A stretch of DNA of 61,942 bases, counting the filler, from Candidatus Zapsychrus exili (GTDB taxonomy: Bacteria; Omnitrophota; Gorgyraeia; Zapsychrales; Zapsychraceae): assembly GCA_030765585.1 (NCBI GenBank). It is 3 parts of 3 records of this genome, joined end to end, with 100 filler letters (N's around TTAATTAATTAA, not from the genome) between each part and the next. Parts side by side here need not be neighbours in the genome. Positions count along the whole stretch, not along the records: positions 1 to 27,933 come from JAVCCJ010000119.1; positions 28,034 to 47,848 come from JAVCCJ010000126.1; 1 more part is not named here. One strand, 5' to 3'. The number at the start of each line of letters is the position of its first letter. Within the stretch, counting starts at the first letter, position 1. Positions 19,399 to 30,921 of the stretch are shown in pieces. The notes beneath the pieces are model-generated. The model was not told the DNA's origin, made no database searches, and worked only from the letters and a program-made list of their open reading frames with translations. A program made the position numbers and the translations under genes.

Positions 19399-22300
19399 AT
19401 GAGCATATTAAAAACTAAAGATTTTAGTAAGTTTCAACATGAATTTGATCTTCCTCATTTACTAGATATTCAACGTGTTGCATATGATAGCTTTTTGCAA
19501 AGATATATTTCATCTGAAAAACGTACTGATAATGGATTAGAAGAAGTTTTTCGTGAAGTATTTCCGCTTGAAAGTTATGATGGGCAAATTAAGCTTGAAT
19601 ATATGAGCTATGTGTTAGGGAAAGAAAAATATTCTGCTATAGAATGTAGACGAAGAGGTATGACTTATTCTGCGCCGTTAAAAGTAAAACTTCGTTTAAT
19701 AACACCAGTTGATATTAAAGAACAAGAAGTATATTTTGGTGATTTTCCTCTTATGACTGATACAGGTACTTTCATTATCAATGGTGATGAAAGAGTAGTT
19801 GTTTCTCAAATCCAACGTCCTCCTGGAGTTTCTTTTGAAGAAGAGCTTCATCCAACAGGTAGAAGCCTTTATCATGGTCGCATAATTCCTGCAAGGGGCG
19901 CTTGGTTTGAAATTAAATATGATCTTAACAATATTTTATTAGTTTATGTTGATCGTAGACGTAATTTCCCAGCTACACAGATTTTGAGAATAATGGGTCT
20001 TTCTAATGCTGAAGATATGAAGAAAATGTTGGGAGATGATTTTGATAAGCTTGCTCCTACTTTAGAAAAAGATCATACTACTACTAAAGAAGAGGCTTTA
20101 TTAGATTTTTATCGTAAAATGCGTCCTACTGAACCAGCTACTGTTGAAGTCGCTGATGCATTGTTTTTTAGGCTTTTCTTTGAGCCAAAACGTTATGATT
20201 TAAGCAAAGTTGGAAGACATATTATTAATCGTAAGTTAAAGCTAGATGTTTCTCTAGATAATAGAGTGCTTGATATTGGAACAGTTGTTGAAGTTGTTCG
20301 TTATTTAATTGGTTTAAGAGAAGGTCGTGGCGAAACTGATGATATTGACCATCTTGGAAATAGAAGAATTAAGACAGTAGGTGAATTAGTACAAAATCAA
20401 GTAAGAATTGGTCTTGCGCGTTTAGAACGTTCGATTAAAGAGCGTTTAGTTGTAATGAACAATTTTGAAAACTTAACAGCACATCATTTAATCAATTCCA
20501 GACTTTTTTCAAATCAAATTCAAGATTTCTTCGCAAGAAGTCAGTTATCTCAATTTATGGATCAAGTAAATCCATTATCAGAGATGACTCATAAAAGACG
20601 TTTAAGTGCTTTGGGGCCAGGTGGTTTATCTAGGGAAAGAGCTGGTTTTGAAGTTAGAGACGTTCATCCTACTCATTATGGACGCGTTTGTCCTATTGAA
20701 ACTCCTGAAGGTCCAAATATTGGACTTATTGCATCTTTAACTATTTGCGCTAGAGTAAATGAGTTAGGTTTTATAGAAACGCCTTATCGCAAAGTTGTAA
20801 ATGGTAAGGTTACTAAAAAAATAGAATTTTTGACAGCTGATAAAGATCAAAATGAACATATAGCTCAGGCTAATGTTCCTATAGATAAAGATGGAAACTT
20901 CCTTACAAAAGAAGCTTCTTGCCGATTTAAAACAGATTTTCCAAAATCAAATCCAAAAGATGTAGGCTATATGGACGTATCTCCATTACAGATTGTATCT
21001 GTTGCTGCATCTTTAATTCCATTTTTAGAGCATGATGATGCTAATAGAGCTCTAATGGGATCTAATATGCAACGCCAAGCAGTTCCACTTATGATACCAG
21101 AGGTACCTTTAGTTGGAACAGGCATGGAAGAAAAAGTTGCCAGAGATTCAGGTGTAGTTATCATTTCAGGGCAATCGGGAACAGTTAAAAAAGTAGATGC
21201 TCGTGAAATAGTTATAAATGATACAGTTTATCCTTTAAAGAATTACCAAAGAACAAACGCAAATACATGTATACATCAAAGTCCATTAGTTAAAGTTGGT
21301 GAAAAAGTTCAAAAAGGACAAATAATTGCTGACGGCATTGCAACAAAGAACGGAAAACTTTCTTTGGGTCGTAATGTATTGGTTGCGTTTATGCCTTGGA
21401 GAGGATATAACTTTGAGGATGCTATTCTAATTAATGAAAAATTAGTTAAAGAAGATGTATTTACTTCAATTCATGTAGAAAAATTTGAACTTGAGTGTCG
21501 TGAGACAAGATTAGGAAATGAAGAAATCACTCGTGATATTCCTAATGTAAGTGAAGAAGCTTTAGTTAATTTAAATGATGATGGAATTATTCGTATAGGA
21601 GCTGAGGTTAAGCCAGGAGATATTTTAATTGGTAAAGTAACTCCTAAGAGTGAAAAAGAACTTTCTCCCGAAGAAAGATTGTTAAGAGCAATTTTTGGAG
21701 AAAAAGCTGCGGATATTCGTGATACATCAATGACGCTTACTCCTGGAGTTGAAGGAGTTGTAGTTAATACAGAAACTTTTCAACGTAGTGAAAGAGGAAG
21801 AAAAACAAAGGTCGACAAGAAAAAAGAGCAAGAAGCAGTTGAAAAGATAAAAGCTTATTATGTGCAAGAGCATATTTTTCTTGAAGATGAGAGAGAAAAG
21901 AAATTATGTAAGCTTCTAGGTGTTGGAAAAAATAAATTGGATAAAATTAAGTTAAGTGATCTAGAAGAAGAATCAGAAGAAAGAGAAATGTTTGGGTTTT
22001 ATGAAGATAAGTTTGCCGAATTGACAGAAGATCAAGAGAGAGAAATAGAAAGAGTTAAAAAGGGTGACGAGTTGCCTGCCGGAGTGTTAAAAAGAGTTGT
22101 TGTTTATGTTGCAACAAAGAGAAAAGTTTCTGAAGGGGATAAGATGGCAGGACGCCATGGAAACAAAGGTATCGTGTCTAGAATATTACCAGCAGAAGAT
22201 ATGCCATTTTTAGAAGATGGAACTGCTGTAGATATAGTTTTGAATCCTTTAGGAGTTCCTTCTCGTATGAACGTTGGACAGCTTTTAGAAACGCATTTGG

Positions 22301-22875
22301 GTTGGGCGGCTAAATCTCTTGGATTTAATTCAGCCACTCCTGTATTTAATGGAGCTAGTGAAAAAGAAATCTGGGATTCTTTAAAAGAGGCAGGATTACC
22401 GGAAAACGGCAAGACTACTGTTTTTGATGGATATACTGGTAGACCTTTTGATCAAAAGGTTACCGTAGGTTATATATATATGCTTAAACTAAATCATCTT
22501 GTTGACGAGAAAATTCATGCTCGTTCAATAGGACCATATTCTCTTGTTACGCAGCAACCATTGGGTGGTAAAGCTCATTTTGGTGGTCAGCGTTTTGGTG
22601 AAATGGAAGTTTGGGCTCTTGAAGCATATGGAGCAGCTTATACACTTCAAGAAATTTTCACGGTTAAAAGTGATGACGTAGCAGGCAGAAGTAGAATGTA
22701 CGAAGCTATAGTAAAAGGGCAGCAAAAGTTAGAGCCTGGAACTCCAGAGTCATTTAATGTTTTGATTAAGGAACTACAAGGTTTATGTCTAGATGTAAAA
22801 ATGGTAAAAGCTAATTCTTCAGAAGGCATAAAATCATCTGTTAAAACCGTCAAGCAAGCTAAAAAGTTATTATAA
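19399..22875 (+). CDS. rpoB: RNA polymerase beta subunit
   Basis: GTFIINGDERVVVSQ, SQFMDQ, CPIETPEGPNIGLI, GDKMAGRHGNKG, GGQRFGEMEVWALEAYGAA. Confidence 0.99.
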   Translation: MSILKTKDFSKFQHEFDLPHLLDIQRVAYDSFLQRYISSEKRTDNGLEEVFREVFPLESYDGQIKLEYMSYVLGKEKYSAIECRRRGMTYSAPLKVKLRLITPVDIKEQEVYFGDFPLMTDTGTFIINGDERVVVSQIQRPPGVSFEEELHPTGRSLYHGRIIPARGAWFEIKYDLNNILLVYVDRRRNFPATQILRIMGLSNAEDMKKMLGDDFDKLAPTLEKDHTTTKEEALLDFYRKMRPTEPATVEVADALFFRLFFEPKRYDLSKVGRHIINRKLKLDVSLDNRVLDIGTVVEVVRYLIGLREGRGETDDIDHLGNRRIKTVGELVQNQVRIGLARLERSIKERLVVMNNFENLTAHHLINSRLFSNQIQDFFARSQLSQFMDQVNPLSEMTHKRRLSALGPGGLSRERAGFEVRDVHPTHYGRVCPIETPEGPNIGLIASLTICARVNELGFIETPYRKVVNGKVTKKIEFLTADKDQNEHIAQANVPIDKDGNFLTKEASCRFKTDFPKSNPKDVGYMDVSPLQIVSVAASLIPFLEHDDANRALMGSNMQRQAVPLMIPEVPLVGTGMEEKVARDSGVVIISGQSGTVKKVDAREIVINDTVYPLKNYQRTNANTCIHQSPLVKVGEKVQKGQIIADGIATKNGKLSLGRNVLVAFMPWRGYNFEDAILINEKLVKEDVFTSIHVEKFELECRETRLGNEEITRDIPNVSEEALVNLNDDGIIRIGAEVKPGDILIGKVTPKSEKELSPEERLLRAIFGEKAADIRDTSMTLTPGVEGVVVNTETFQRSERGRKTKVDKKKEQEAVEKIKAYYVQEHIFLEDEREKKLCKLLGVGKNKLDKIKLSDLEEESEEREMFGFYEDKFAELTEDQEREIERVKKGDELPAGVLKRVVVYVATKRKVSEGDKMAGRHGNKGIVSRILPAEDMPFLEDGTAVDIVLNPLGVPSRMNVGQLLETHLGWAAKSLGFNSATPVFNGASEKEIWDSLKEAGLPENGKTTVFDGYTGRPFDQKVTVGYIYMLKLNHLVDEKIHARSIGPYSLVTQQPLGGKAHFGGQRFGEMEVWALEAYGAAYTLQEIFTVKSDDVAGRSRMYEAIVKGQQKLEPGTPESFNVLIKELQGLCLDVKMVKANSSEGIKSSVKTVKQAKKLL

Positions 22876-22884
22876 GGAAAAAAT

Positions 22885-25800
22885 ATGATTAAGAAAAAAG
22901 TCGATATAGAAAGTCAAGATAGAATAACTATTCAGATAGCATCAGCAGAGGTTATAAACTCTTGGTCTTGCGGCATTATAAAGAAAGCAGAAACGCTTAA
23001 TTATAGGACTCTTAAGCCTGAAAAGGATGGTCTTTTCTGTGAAAAGATTTTTGGTCCTGTACGTGATTGGGAATGTAATTGCGGAAAATATAAGGGCATT
23101 AAGTTCAAAGGCATAACTTGTGATAGATGCGGTGTTACAGTGACTCGATCTTCTGTTCGTCGTGAAAGAATGGGTCATATTGATTTAGCATGTCCTGTAA
23201 CTCATATTTGGTTTTATAAAGCTGTACCTAGCAGATTAGCTGCTTTATTAGAGATAGGTTTAAGAGACCTAGAAAAGCTTATTTATTACGAAGAGTATAT
23301 AGTTATAGATGCAGGTGATACTAGCCTTAAAAATAGACAATTCTTGTCTGAAGAAGAATATCAGAATGCGTTGGTCAAGTACGGAGGAGGATTTAAGGCA
23401 AAGATTGGTGCTGATGCAATAAAAGAAATCTTAAAAGATTTAGATCTTAATGCTCTTTGTAAGAAATTAAGAAAAGATTTAGACAAAGCAAATCCAGCAG
23501 GAACAAATGCTAAAAAAATTGCTAAGACTTTAAAAATAATTGAAGATTTTAGAGGTTCGGATAATTCAGCTGAGTGGATGGTTCTAGATGTACTTCCTGT
23601 AATTCCACCAGACTTAAGACCACTTGTGCCATTAGAAGGTGGACGTTTTGCTACTTCTGATCTTAACGACCTTTATCGTCGTGTTATCAATCGTAATAAT
23701 CGTTTAAAGAAATTGATGGATCTTAATGCTCCAGAAATTATTTGTAGAAACGAAAAACGTATGCTTCAAGAAGCTGTTGATGCATTACTTGATAATGGAA
23801 GACATGGTCGTCCAGTTCTTGGATCAGGAAATAGACCTTTAAAATCTTTATCTGATATGCTTAAAGGAAAGCAAGGAAGATTTAGAATGAACTTGCTAGG
23901 TAAGCGTGTTGATTATTCAGGACGTTCTGTTATTGTCGTTGGCCCTGAACTAAAGCTACATCAATGCGGATTACCAAAAAAGATGGCGTTAGAGTTGTTT
24001 GAGCCTTTTATTATTAGAAAACTTCGTGAAAAAGGTTTTGTTCATACTATTAAGGGCGCCAAGAGAATGGTTGAAAAAGCTAAGGTTGAAGTTTGGGATA
24101 TTTTAGATGAAGTAATAAAAGATCATCCTGTAATGCTAAATCGTGCTCCAACCCTTCATCGTTTAAGTATTCAAGCATTTTATCCTACACTTGTTGAAGG
24201 AAAAGCTATAAAATTGCATCCGCTTGTTTGTGCTGCTTTTAACGCTGACTTCGACGGAGATCAAATGGCTGTCCATTTGCCTTTATCATTAGAGGCTCAA
24301 ATGGAATGTAGGTTAGAATTGTTATCTATAAATAATTTATTTTCTCCAGCTGATGGAAGGCCTGTTATGTCGCCATCTCAGGATGTTGTTTTAGGCCTTT
24401 ATTATTTAACAAAAGAAGATGTAGATGAGAACAAAGAAAATAATCGTATTTTTGCATCACAAGAAGAAGTTGTTATCGCCCATAATGACGGCTTAATAAC
24501 TCTTCATGACAGAATTAAGTTAAGACTTGAGATTCCTGTTTGGGGAGAAGAAAAACCATCATTAGTTATTTCTCAAGAAAAAGCAATGAATGTGGGCGGA
24601 AAAAGCGAAGAAGAAGATAATAAGCCAATTGTAATAGAAACAACGGTTGGAAGAGTTTTGTTTAATGAAAAATTGCCTCAAGATTATGGTTTTGTTAATG
24701 AATTATTAGATAAAAAGAAAATTGGAGCTGTTATCTCGGATTGTTATAAAAGATTTGGACAATATAAAACTGTTAATTTGTTAGATGATTTAAAAACATT
24801 AGGTTTCGCTAGAGCAACTTTAGCTGGTATTTCTATTGGAATAACAGATTTAACTATACCTAAAGAAAAAGTAGATATTCTTAAAAATTCTAATCATGAA
24901 ATTAGTAAAGTTGAAGATCAATATTTGAAAGGTATCATTACTCAAAGAGAAAGATATAACAAGGTTATCGACGTTTGGACTCATACAACGGAGGCTATAT
25001 CAGATCTTGTTTTCAAGAGAATGGATTCTTTTAATCCAGTATTTATTATGGCTGATTCAGGCGCAAGAGGCTCACGTCTTCAAATTAGACAGCTTTCAGG
25101 TATGCGTGGTCTTATGGCAAAGCCATCAGGTGAAATTATTGAGAATCCAATTACTGCAAGTTTCCGTGAGGGTCTTACAGTGCTTGAATATTTTATCTCG
25201 ACTCATGGTGCTAGAAAAGGTTTAGCTGATACAGCTTTAAAGACAGCTGACGCAGGTTACTTGACTCGTCGTCTTGTTGACGTTGCTCAAGAAAGTGTTG
25301 TAATAGAAGAAGATTGTAGAACTCTTAGTGGAATTACAGTTGCAGCTATTGTTGAGGGTGATGAGCTTGTTGTTAGTTTAAGAGAAAGAATTACAGGCCG
25401 TGTTGCATTAGATAGCATAGTTGATATTGTTACAGATCAAAGAGTTGTAGAAGCTGGCGAAGTTATTACAGAAGAGAAAGCGGAGTTTATTGAGCATCTT
25501 GGAATTGAAAAGGTTCGTATAAGAAGTGTTCTTACTTGTGAATCTGAACGTGGCGTATGTATTAAATGTTATGGACGAAATCTAGCAACTCGTAGATTAG
25601 TTGAAATAGGAGAGGCTGTTGGAGTTATTGCAGCACAAAGTATTGGTGAGCCTGGTACTCAGCTTACTATGCGTACTTTCCATATTGGTGGTACTGCTTC
25701 TCGTTCTGTTGAGCAGTCTTTTTACAAATCTAAAAATGATGGAATTGCAAAATATCATCAGCTAAGAGTTGTTGCTAAAGGAAATGAATTTATTGTTCTT

Positions 25801-27006
25801 AATCGTAACGGTTCTATTAGTATTAACAATGAATTCGGACGAGAATTTGATAGATATACACTTCCTCAAGGAGCATCCATTAAAGTTCCTGACGGAGGAA
25901 ATGTTAAAAAAGATAAAATATTTGTTACATGGGATCCGTATACAGTTCCTATTATTACAGAAGTTAAGGGTTTCGTTAATTCTGAAGATTTGATTCCAGA
26001 CGTTACTGTTCAGGAAGAAAAGAATCCTATAACGGGCGTTACCGAAAGAGTTATCGTCGAGCATAAGCAAGAATATCATCCACAGATGATTATTACCGAC
26101 GACGCACAAGAGATTGTTGGAATTTATTCTATTCCGATAGGAGCACATATTCTTGTTAAAGACAAGCAATTGGTAAACGCTGGTGATTTAATTGCAAAGA
26201 TTCCTAGATCTGCAGGAAAGACACGTGATATTACTGGTGGTCTTCCTCGAGTAGCAGAATTATTTGAAGCAAGAAAACCAAAAGATCCAGCTGTTATTAG
26301 CGAGATTGATGGAACAGTTGAATTTGGTGAAGATAAAAAAGGACGTAGAACTATTATTGTAAAAAGTGCTACAGACATGTCATCAGAATATACTATTCCT
26401 CACGGAAAACATCCTAATGTTTACAAAGGGGATAGAGTATTTGCTGGGCAACAACTTACAGATGGGCCAGTTGTTCCTCATGATATTTTAAGAGTTTGTG
26501 GTGATAAAGTTTTACAAGAGTATTTGTTAAATGAAGTTCAAGAGGTTTATCGTCTACAAGGTGTACGTATCAATGATAAACATATTGAGCTTATTATTTC
26601 TCAAATGCTTAAGAAAGTTAAGATAGAGGATGGCGGAGATACTGACTTCTTGGTCGGCGAGCAAATCAATAGAAACACTTTTAAAAAAGCCAACGAAGAG
26701 GTTATGAAAAAGAAGGGTAAACCAGCTCAAGCAACCCCACTTTTACTAGGTATTACTAAGGTTTCTTTAACTACTGAAAGTTTCATTTCTTCAGCAAGTT
26801 TTCAAGAAACAACTAGGGTCTTGACAGAAGCCGCATCTTCTGGTAAAGTCGACCTCCTTCGCGGGTTAAAAGAAAACGTTATTGTGGGACATTTAATTCC
26901 TGCAGGAACAGGTTTAAAAAAATACAATAAAATAGAAATGGTGAAATATGCCGACGATACAGCAGCTGATCAGGAAGAGCAGGATCAACAAGAAAAAGAA
27001 GGGTAA
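22885..27006 (+). CDS. rpoC: RNA polymerase beta' subunit
   Basis: Zn finger, NADFDGD catalytic motif, bridge helix [23 protein letters not shown]. Confidence 0.99.
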   Translation: MIKKKVDIESQDRITIQIASAEVINSWSCGIIKKAETLNYRTLKPEKDGLFCEKIFGPVRDWECNCGKYKGIKFKGITCDRCGVTVTRSSVRRERMGHIDLACPVTHIWFYKAVPSRLAALLEIGLRDLEKLIYYEEYIVIDAGDTSLKNRQFLSEEEYQNALVKYGGGFKAKIGADAIKEILKDLDLNALCKKLRKDLDKANPAGTNAKKIAKTLKIIEDFRGSDNSAEWMVLDVLPVIPPDLRPLVPLEGGRFATSDLNDLYRRVINRNNRLKKLMDLNAPEIICRNEKRMLQEAVDALLDNGRHGRPVLGSGNRPLKSLSDMLKGKQGRFRMNLLGKRVDYSGRSVIVVGPELKLHQCGLPKKMALELFEPFIIRKLREKGFVHTIKGAKRMVEKAKVEVWDILDEVIKDHPVMLNRAPTLHRLSIQAFYPTLVEGKAIKLHPLVCAAFNADFDGDQMAVHLPLSLEAQMECRLELLSINNLFSPADGRPVMSPSQDVVLGLYYLTKEDVDENKENNRIFASQEEVVIAHNDGLITLHDRIKLRLEIPVWGEEKPSLVISQEKAMNVGGKSEEEDNKPIVIETTVGRVLFNEKLPQDYGFVNELLDKKKIGAVISDCYKRFGQYKTVNLLDDLKTLGFARATLAGISIGITDLTIPKEKVDILKNSNHEISKVEDQYLKGIITQRERYNKVIDVWTHTTEAISDLVFKRMDSFNPVFIMADSGARGSRLQIRQLSGMRGLMAKPSGEIIENPITASFREGLTVLEYFISTHGARKGLADTALKTADAGYLTRRLVDVAQESVVIEEDCRTLSGITVAAIVEGDELVVSLRERITGRVALDSIVDIVTDQRVVEAGEVITEEKAEFIEHLGIEKVRIRSVLTCESERGVCIKCYGRNLATRRLVEIGEAVGVIAAQSIGEPGTQLTMRTFHIGGTASRSVEQSFYKSKNDGIAKYHQLRVVAKGNEFIVLNRNGSISINNEFGREFDRYTLPQGASIKVPDGGNVKKDKIFVTWDPYTVPIITEVKGFVNSEDLIPDVTVQEEKNPITGVTERVIVEHKQEYHPQMIITDDAQEIVGIYSIPIGAHILVKDKQLVNAGDLIAKIPRSAGKTRDITGGLPRVAELFEARKPKDPAVISEIDGTVEFGEDKKGRRTIIVKSATDMSSEYTIPHGKHPNVYKGDRVFAGQQLTDGPVVPHDILRVCGDKVLQEYLLNEVQEVYRLQGVRINDKHIELIISQMLKKVKIEDGGDTDFLVGEQINRNTFKKANEEVMKKKGKPAQATPLLLGITKVSLTTESFISSASFQETTRVLTEAASSGKVDLLRGLKENVIVGHLIPAGTGLKKYNKIEMVKYADDTAADQEEQDQQEKEG

Positions 27007-27325
27007 GTCTCCAGCTTTACAGAATTGTCCATTCCGTCGCGGAGTGTGTCTTCAAGTAAAGACGATGACGCCAAAGAAACCAAACTCTGCGCTACGTAAA
27101 ATAGCTAGAGTGCGCTTATCAAATAAGTTTGAGGTTACTTCATATATCCCAGGAGAAGGACATAACTTACAAGAACATTCAATTGTTTTAGTAAGAGGTG
27201 GAAGAGTTAAGGATTTGCCTGGAGTTAGATATCATATTGTTCGTGGAGCATTGGATACTGCAGGCGTTGATAAAAGAAAAAGATCTCGTTCAAAATATGG
27301 AACAAAGAAAGCAGAGGGTAAATAA
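26948..27325 (+). CDS. rpsL: 30S ribosomal protein S12
   Basis: [33 protein letters not shown]. Confidence 0.99.
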   Translation: MPTIQQLIRKSRINKKKKGKSPALQNCPFRRGVCLQVKTMTPKKPNSALRKIARVRLSNKFEVTSYIPGEGHNLQEHSIVLVRGGRVKDLPGVRYHIVRGALDTAGVDKRKRSRSKYGTKKAEGK

Positions 27326-27330
27326 GACAG

Positions 27331-27801
27331 ATGAGAAGAAGAAGCGCAGAAAAAAGAGAACTGTTACCTGAACCAAAATATAATAGTAGTCTTGTTTCGA
27401 AGTTTATAAACAATATTATGTTGGAAGGAAAGAAAACTGTTGCAGAAAGTATTGTTTATGGCGCACTTGAAATTTTAGAAGAAAAGACAGGGGAAAAAGA
27501 CGGTTTAAAGATTTTTAACAAAGCTATGGATAATGTTCGCCCTAGATTAGAAGTTAAAGCAAGACGTGTTGGTGGTGCTACTTATCAAGTTCCTATTGAA
27601 GTTCCAATGAATCGTAGTAATGCGCTTGCGATGAGATGGATCAGAGATTTTGCTAAAAAGAAAAAAGGTAGACCAATGAAAATTAAGCTGGCGGAAGAAT
27701 TGTTAGCAGCTTATAAAGGAGAAGGTGCTGCTGTTAAAAAGCGAGATGATACACATAAGATGGCATAAGCAAATAAGGCATTTTCACATTTAAAGTGGTA
27801 A
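27331..27801 (+). CDS. rpsG: 30S ribosomal protein S7 with an apparent internal TAA at 27766-27768
   Basis: [11 protein letters not shown]. After HKMA-TAA the frame continues [13 protein letters not shown] (27801), giving the usual 156-aa length if TAA was GAA. Confidence 0.95.
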
Positions 27802-27820
27802 AAGGAAATATATAGATATT

Positions 27821-27933
27821 ATGGAAGTTACTCAATTACAAGACGTCAGAAATACTGGAATCATAGATCATATTGATGCTGGTAAAACAACTACAACAGA
27901 ACATATTTTGTTCTACACAGGCGTTATACATAA
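27821..27933 (+). CDS. fusA: Elongation factor G, N-terminal fragment cut by contig end
   Basis: [38 protein letters not shown]1 motif HIDAGKTT; follows rpsL-rpsG. Confidence 0.9.
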
Positions 27934-28033
27934 NNNNNNNNNNNNNNNNNNNNNNNNNNNNNNNNNNNNNNNNNNNNTTAATTAATTAANNNNNNNNNNN
28001 NNNNNNNNNNNNNNNNNNNNNNNNNNNNNNNNN
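27934..28033. other. Artificial contig linker
   Basis: 44 N + TTAATTAATTAA (stops in all six frames) + 44 N; identical to the linker at 47849. Confidence 0.97.
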
Positions 28034-28760
28034 CATCAGTAAATAAATCTTCATCAGATTCATAGCCTGCTTTCTTAAGTCTAAAATTAATTAATTCCTT
28101 AGTCTCTTTTGCATCAAGAGGATTAAGCGTAAACTTAAAACTTATCCTATCCATAAAATTGCTCATATGAACAACCTTAGAATATAATTCAAGTTGGCCC
28201 AGCAAAACTAGCTGAATAAGTTTTTGTTCATTTGTTTCAAAATTAAGAAGAATTCTCAATGTTTCAAGCGTTGCAAGATCTAACTTTTGAGCCTCATCGA
28301 CTAAAAGGATTATGGTTCTGTTTTCATCAAAAGTTTTTTTCAACAAAAATTGTTCAATTGTATCTTTTAAATCCATAATATCGCCATCTTTTATTTCATA
28401 ACCTTTTGGTAAATCTATGTTGAAATTACGAACTAGCGAGGAGAGAAACTGTCCTTCATTGTCAAACACTGGATCTAAGATCATGTGAAATATCATATCT
28501 CCGCGCTTATTTAATTCATGAAGCAATTTTCTGGAAAGGGTCGTTTTTCCTGTACCAACGTCTCCTAAAATTACCGAAAGTCCTCTTCGAAGACGAAGCT
28601 CAATAAGTAAATTTGTAAGAGCAAGGTCGTGCTCTCTCGTCGGATAGAAAAACTCTGGATCAGGACTAGTGGCAAATGGTTCTTTATCTAGGCCAAGGAT
28701 AGAATAATATCCTAAAATCTTTTCAGCGCCACTAAATCCTACTTGTTTGGAATCGTGCAT
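28034..28760 (-). CDS. ExeA/GspA-like AAA ATPase, 3'-partial
   Basis: PFATSPDPEFFY, Walker A GDVGTGKT, Walker B LLVDEAQ, VLLGQLEL; runs into the gap. Confidence 0.88.
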
Positions 28761-28858
28761 GTTTTTATATAAATCTTTATATTATAGATAGTATAATAAT
28801 TATGGAAGGACTTCTAAATTTAGATATATCTTATCATAAGTTATTATACAATCAAGGC

Positions 28859-29848
28859 TTATTTGTTTTCTTGTGACCTTTTCAAAATACAAAAATTAAC
28901 AAATCCTGTTAAAAAACCTAACATTCTAGAAAAAGCTCTAAAAAACATTACAACACTTAAAAAAAAGCTATCAATAGGGCTTTTTGCCATTAAAATCCCA
29001 TAAAAAATCTCTATACACAGCAAAATAATCGCCATAAAAAGATATATTTTTGCACTGAAACCTAAAAATATGCTCAAAAACAAACTAATCAAAATTAAAA
29101 TCGTAACTGGAACCTCAAAAATGTCCTTCCAAAACGTATAATCATCCCCCTTTGCCATTTTAGGATGCTCAATATACATTTTTACCCTCCAAAAGCCATG
29201 TCTAAACTGCTCCTTTAAATATTTCCAAAAATCAGAAGGATGCAAATGATCCACTAAAGAACTTGGTTCAAAATAAATTTTATAACCTAATTCTACAAGC
29301 TTATAGCTTAAGTCGTTATCCTCTCCACTTGCAGAAGGATAACTTGTATTAAAGCCACCTACTTCTTCAAAGATATTTCTTCTTATACCAAAATTATAGC
29401 TACCAAAGACTTTAGATCTCTGCGGCATTAAAAATTGATGTCTGAACAAAATTTCTTTATATATGCACCTTGCAAGTAAATTATTATTGTTCGCAATACC
29501 ATAGCTACCAGATACAACTGCAACAGCTTTGTCATCAAAATGCACTATTGCATTTTTTATCCAATCTTTTTGAGGGACACAATCAGAATCTGTAAAAAAT
29601 ACTATTTCTCCTGTTGCATTTTTTGCCCCAAAATTTCTTGCCTGTGCAGGACCTTGATTCTTTTGATAAAAATATTTTACATCTTTAAAATTAGAAACTA
29701 AATTTCTTGTATTGTCTGTAGATTCATCATCAACAACAATTAATTCAACATCTCCATAACTTTGATTCAAAACAGCATTCAAAGTTTTAGAAATATTCTT
29801 TTCACAATTGTACGCAGGAATAACAACACTTACTTTTAAATTATTCAT
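28859..29848 (-). CDS. Glycosyltransferase family 2 with C-terminal TM helices (start corrected to ATG 29848)
   Basis: VSVVIPAYN, VDDES, FTDSD (DXD), GED; hydrophobic C-terminus. Confidence 0.9.
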   Translation of the reverse strand: MNNLKVSVVIPAYNCEKNISKTLNAVLNQSYGDVELIVVDDESTDNTRNLVSNFKDVKYFYQKNQGPAQARNFGAKNATGEIVFFTDSDCVPQKDWIKNAIVHFDDKAVAVVSGSYGIANNNNLLARCIYKEILFRHQFLMPQRSKVFGSYNFGIRRNIFEEVGGFNTSYPSASGEDNDLSYKLVELGYKIYFEPSSLVDHLHPSDFWKYLKEQFRHGFWRVKMYIEHPKMAKGDDYTFWKDIFEVPVTILILISLFLSIFLGFSAKIYLFMAIILLCIEIFYGILMAKSPIDSFFLSVVMFFRAFSRMLGFLTGFVNFCILKRSQENK

Positions 29849-30509
29849 TTTTTTTAGAAAAAGTAAAAAGCAACATTCCAAATATTTTTCCTAATAACTT
29901 ATCTGGCGAAAAAACAAAAGGAAAAACATTTATACCGCCTTCTAAAATTACTTTTAAATTGTTGCGTTCATTTAAATTAATTAATTCTTTGAATGTAAAA
30001 GGTTTTTCTTTTATGCCTGGCATAAAAAATGGTCTAAGTATTTGCCAAGGAGAAAAAACATTTGGAACAAATGTAATAATTATTCCATCAGTAGACAAAA
30101 CATTGATTAAATTATTTAAAATTTTATCTTGATCTTCTTTTTTAAAATGCTCAAATAAACCATCAGAAAAAATAATATCAAACCTATCGCTTATTTCTTC
30201 ACGTAAATCCGACGACAACAAATCATTATTCAAAATAATAGTTTTATTGTTTGTTATTTTCTTTGTTATCTCTAATGCTTCTACTGAATAATCTAAAGAA
30301 TATGTTTTAGCTTCACTACAGATAAAATATTTCGAAAAAAATCCACTGCCACAACCTGCATCCAATATTTTCTTGTCTTTACTTACATTGTTAGACAAAA
30401 GTTTTATTATTCTTTTTTTTGATCAACTTATTTTAGTAAATTGCTTTGAATTTTCTAAACTCCAAAAATTATTCCAATTGCTAGATTTTATTATAGTAAA
30501 ATCACTCAT
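29841..30509 (-). pseudogene. Class I SAM-dependent methyltransferase with in-frame TGA at 30423-30425
   Basis: ILDAGCGSG motif I. From ATG 30509 the frame reads MSDFTIIKSSNWNNFWSLENSKQFTKIS*SKKRIIKLLSNN..., in frame with ORF 29841..30398. Confidence 0.7.
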
Positions 30510-30567
30510 AAAATATTTATTATTTCCTGTAATATAAAAAAGTTATAGAACTTTCTAGAAACTTTTA

Positions 30568-30921
30568 TTATTTATTTTCTTTCTCTTTTATTTTCTTTAT
30601 TTCGAGTTCAAGTAAACTAATCTTTTGAGCCATTATATCATTGCGATTATTTTGCTGACAAAGAAATATTGTAATAAGCAAACTTAAAAAAACAAAAACA
30701 CTTAACAAAGAAAAGAAAATAAAATTACTTGGCAATTGAAATCCTAATAAATATGCAATTTTAAACAGAATTTTATCAAAAATAGAAAAGAATACAGCCA
30801 AAATAGATACAATAATCCACGAAAAAGCATATTTAAACATTAATTTTTCTCTTCTGATAAGGTCTATAACAAAAATTAATGCAGACAAAGAAATAACTAT
30901 TGCTAATATTTTTATATTCAT
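30568..30921 (-). CDS. DUF2304-like membrane protein
   Basis: Three TM segments, LIRREKL..KYA.SW, C-terminal AQKISLL; typical partner of a DPM1-like GT2. Confidence 0.8.
   Translation of the reverse strand: MNIKILAIVISLSALIFVIDLIRREKLMFKYAFSWIIVSILAVFFSIFDKILFKIAYLLGFQLPSNFIFFSLLSVFVFLSLLITIFLCQQNNRNDIMAQKISLLELEIKKIKEKENK

Noticed and set aside
27934..28033. TTAATTAATTAA palindrome within N runs (also 47849-47948), and the strand switches at these points
   Set aside because: Identical 100-bp synthetic spacers; they are assembly joins, not biological sites, inversions or replication landmarks.
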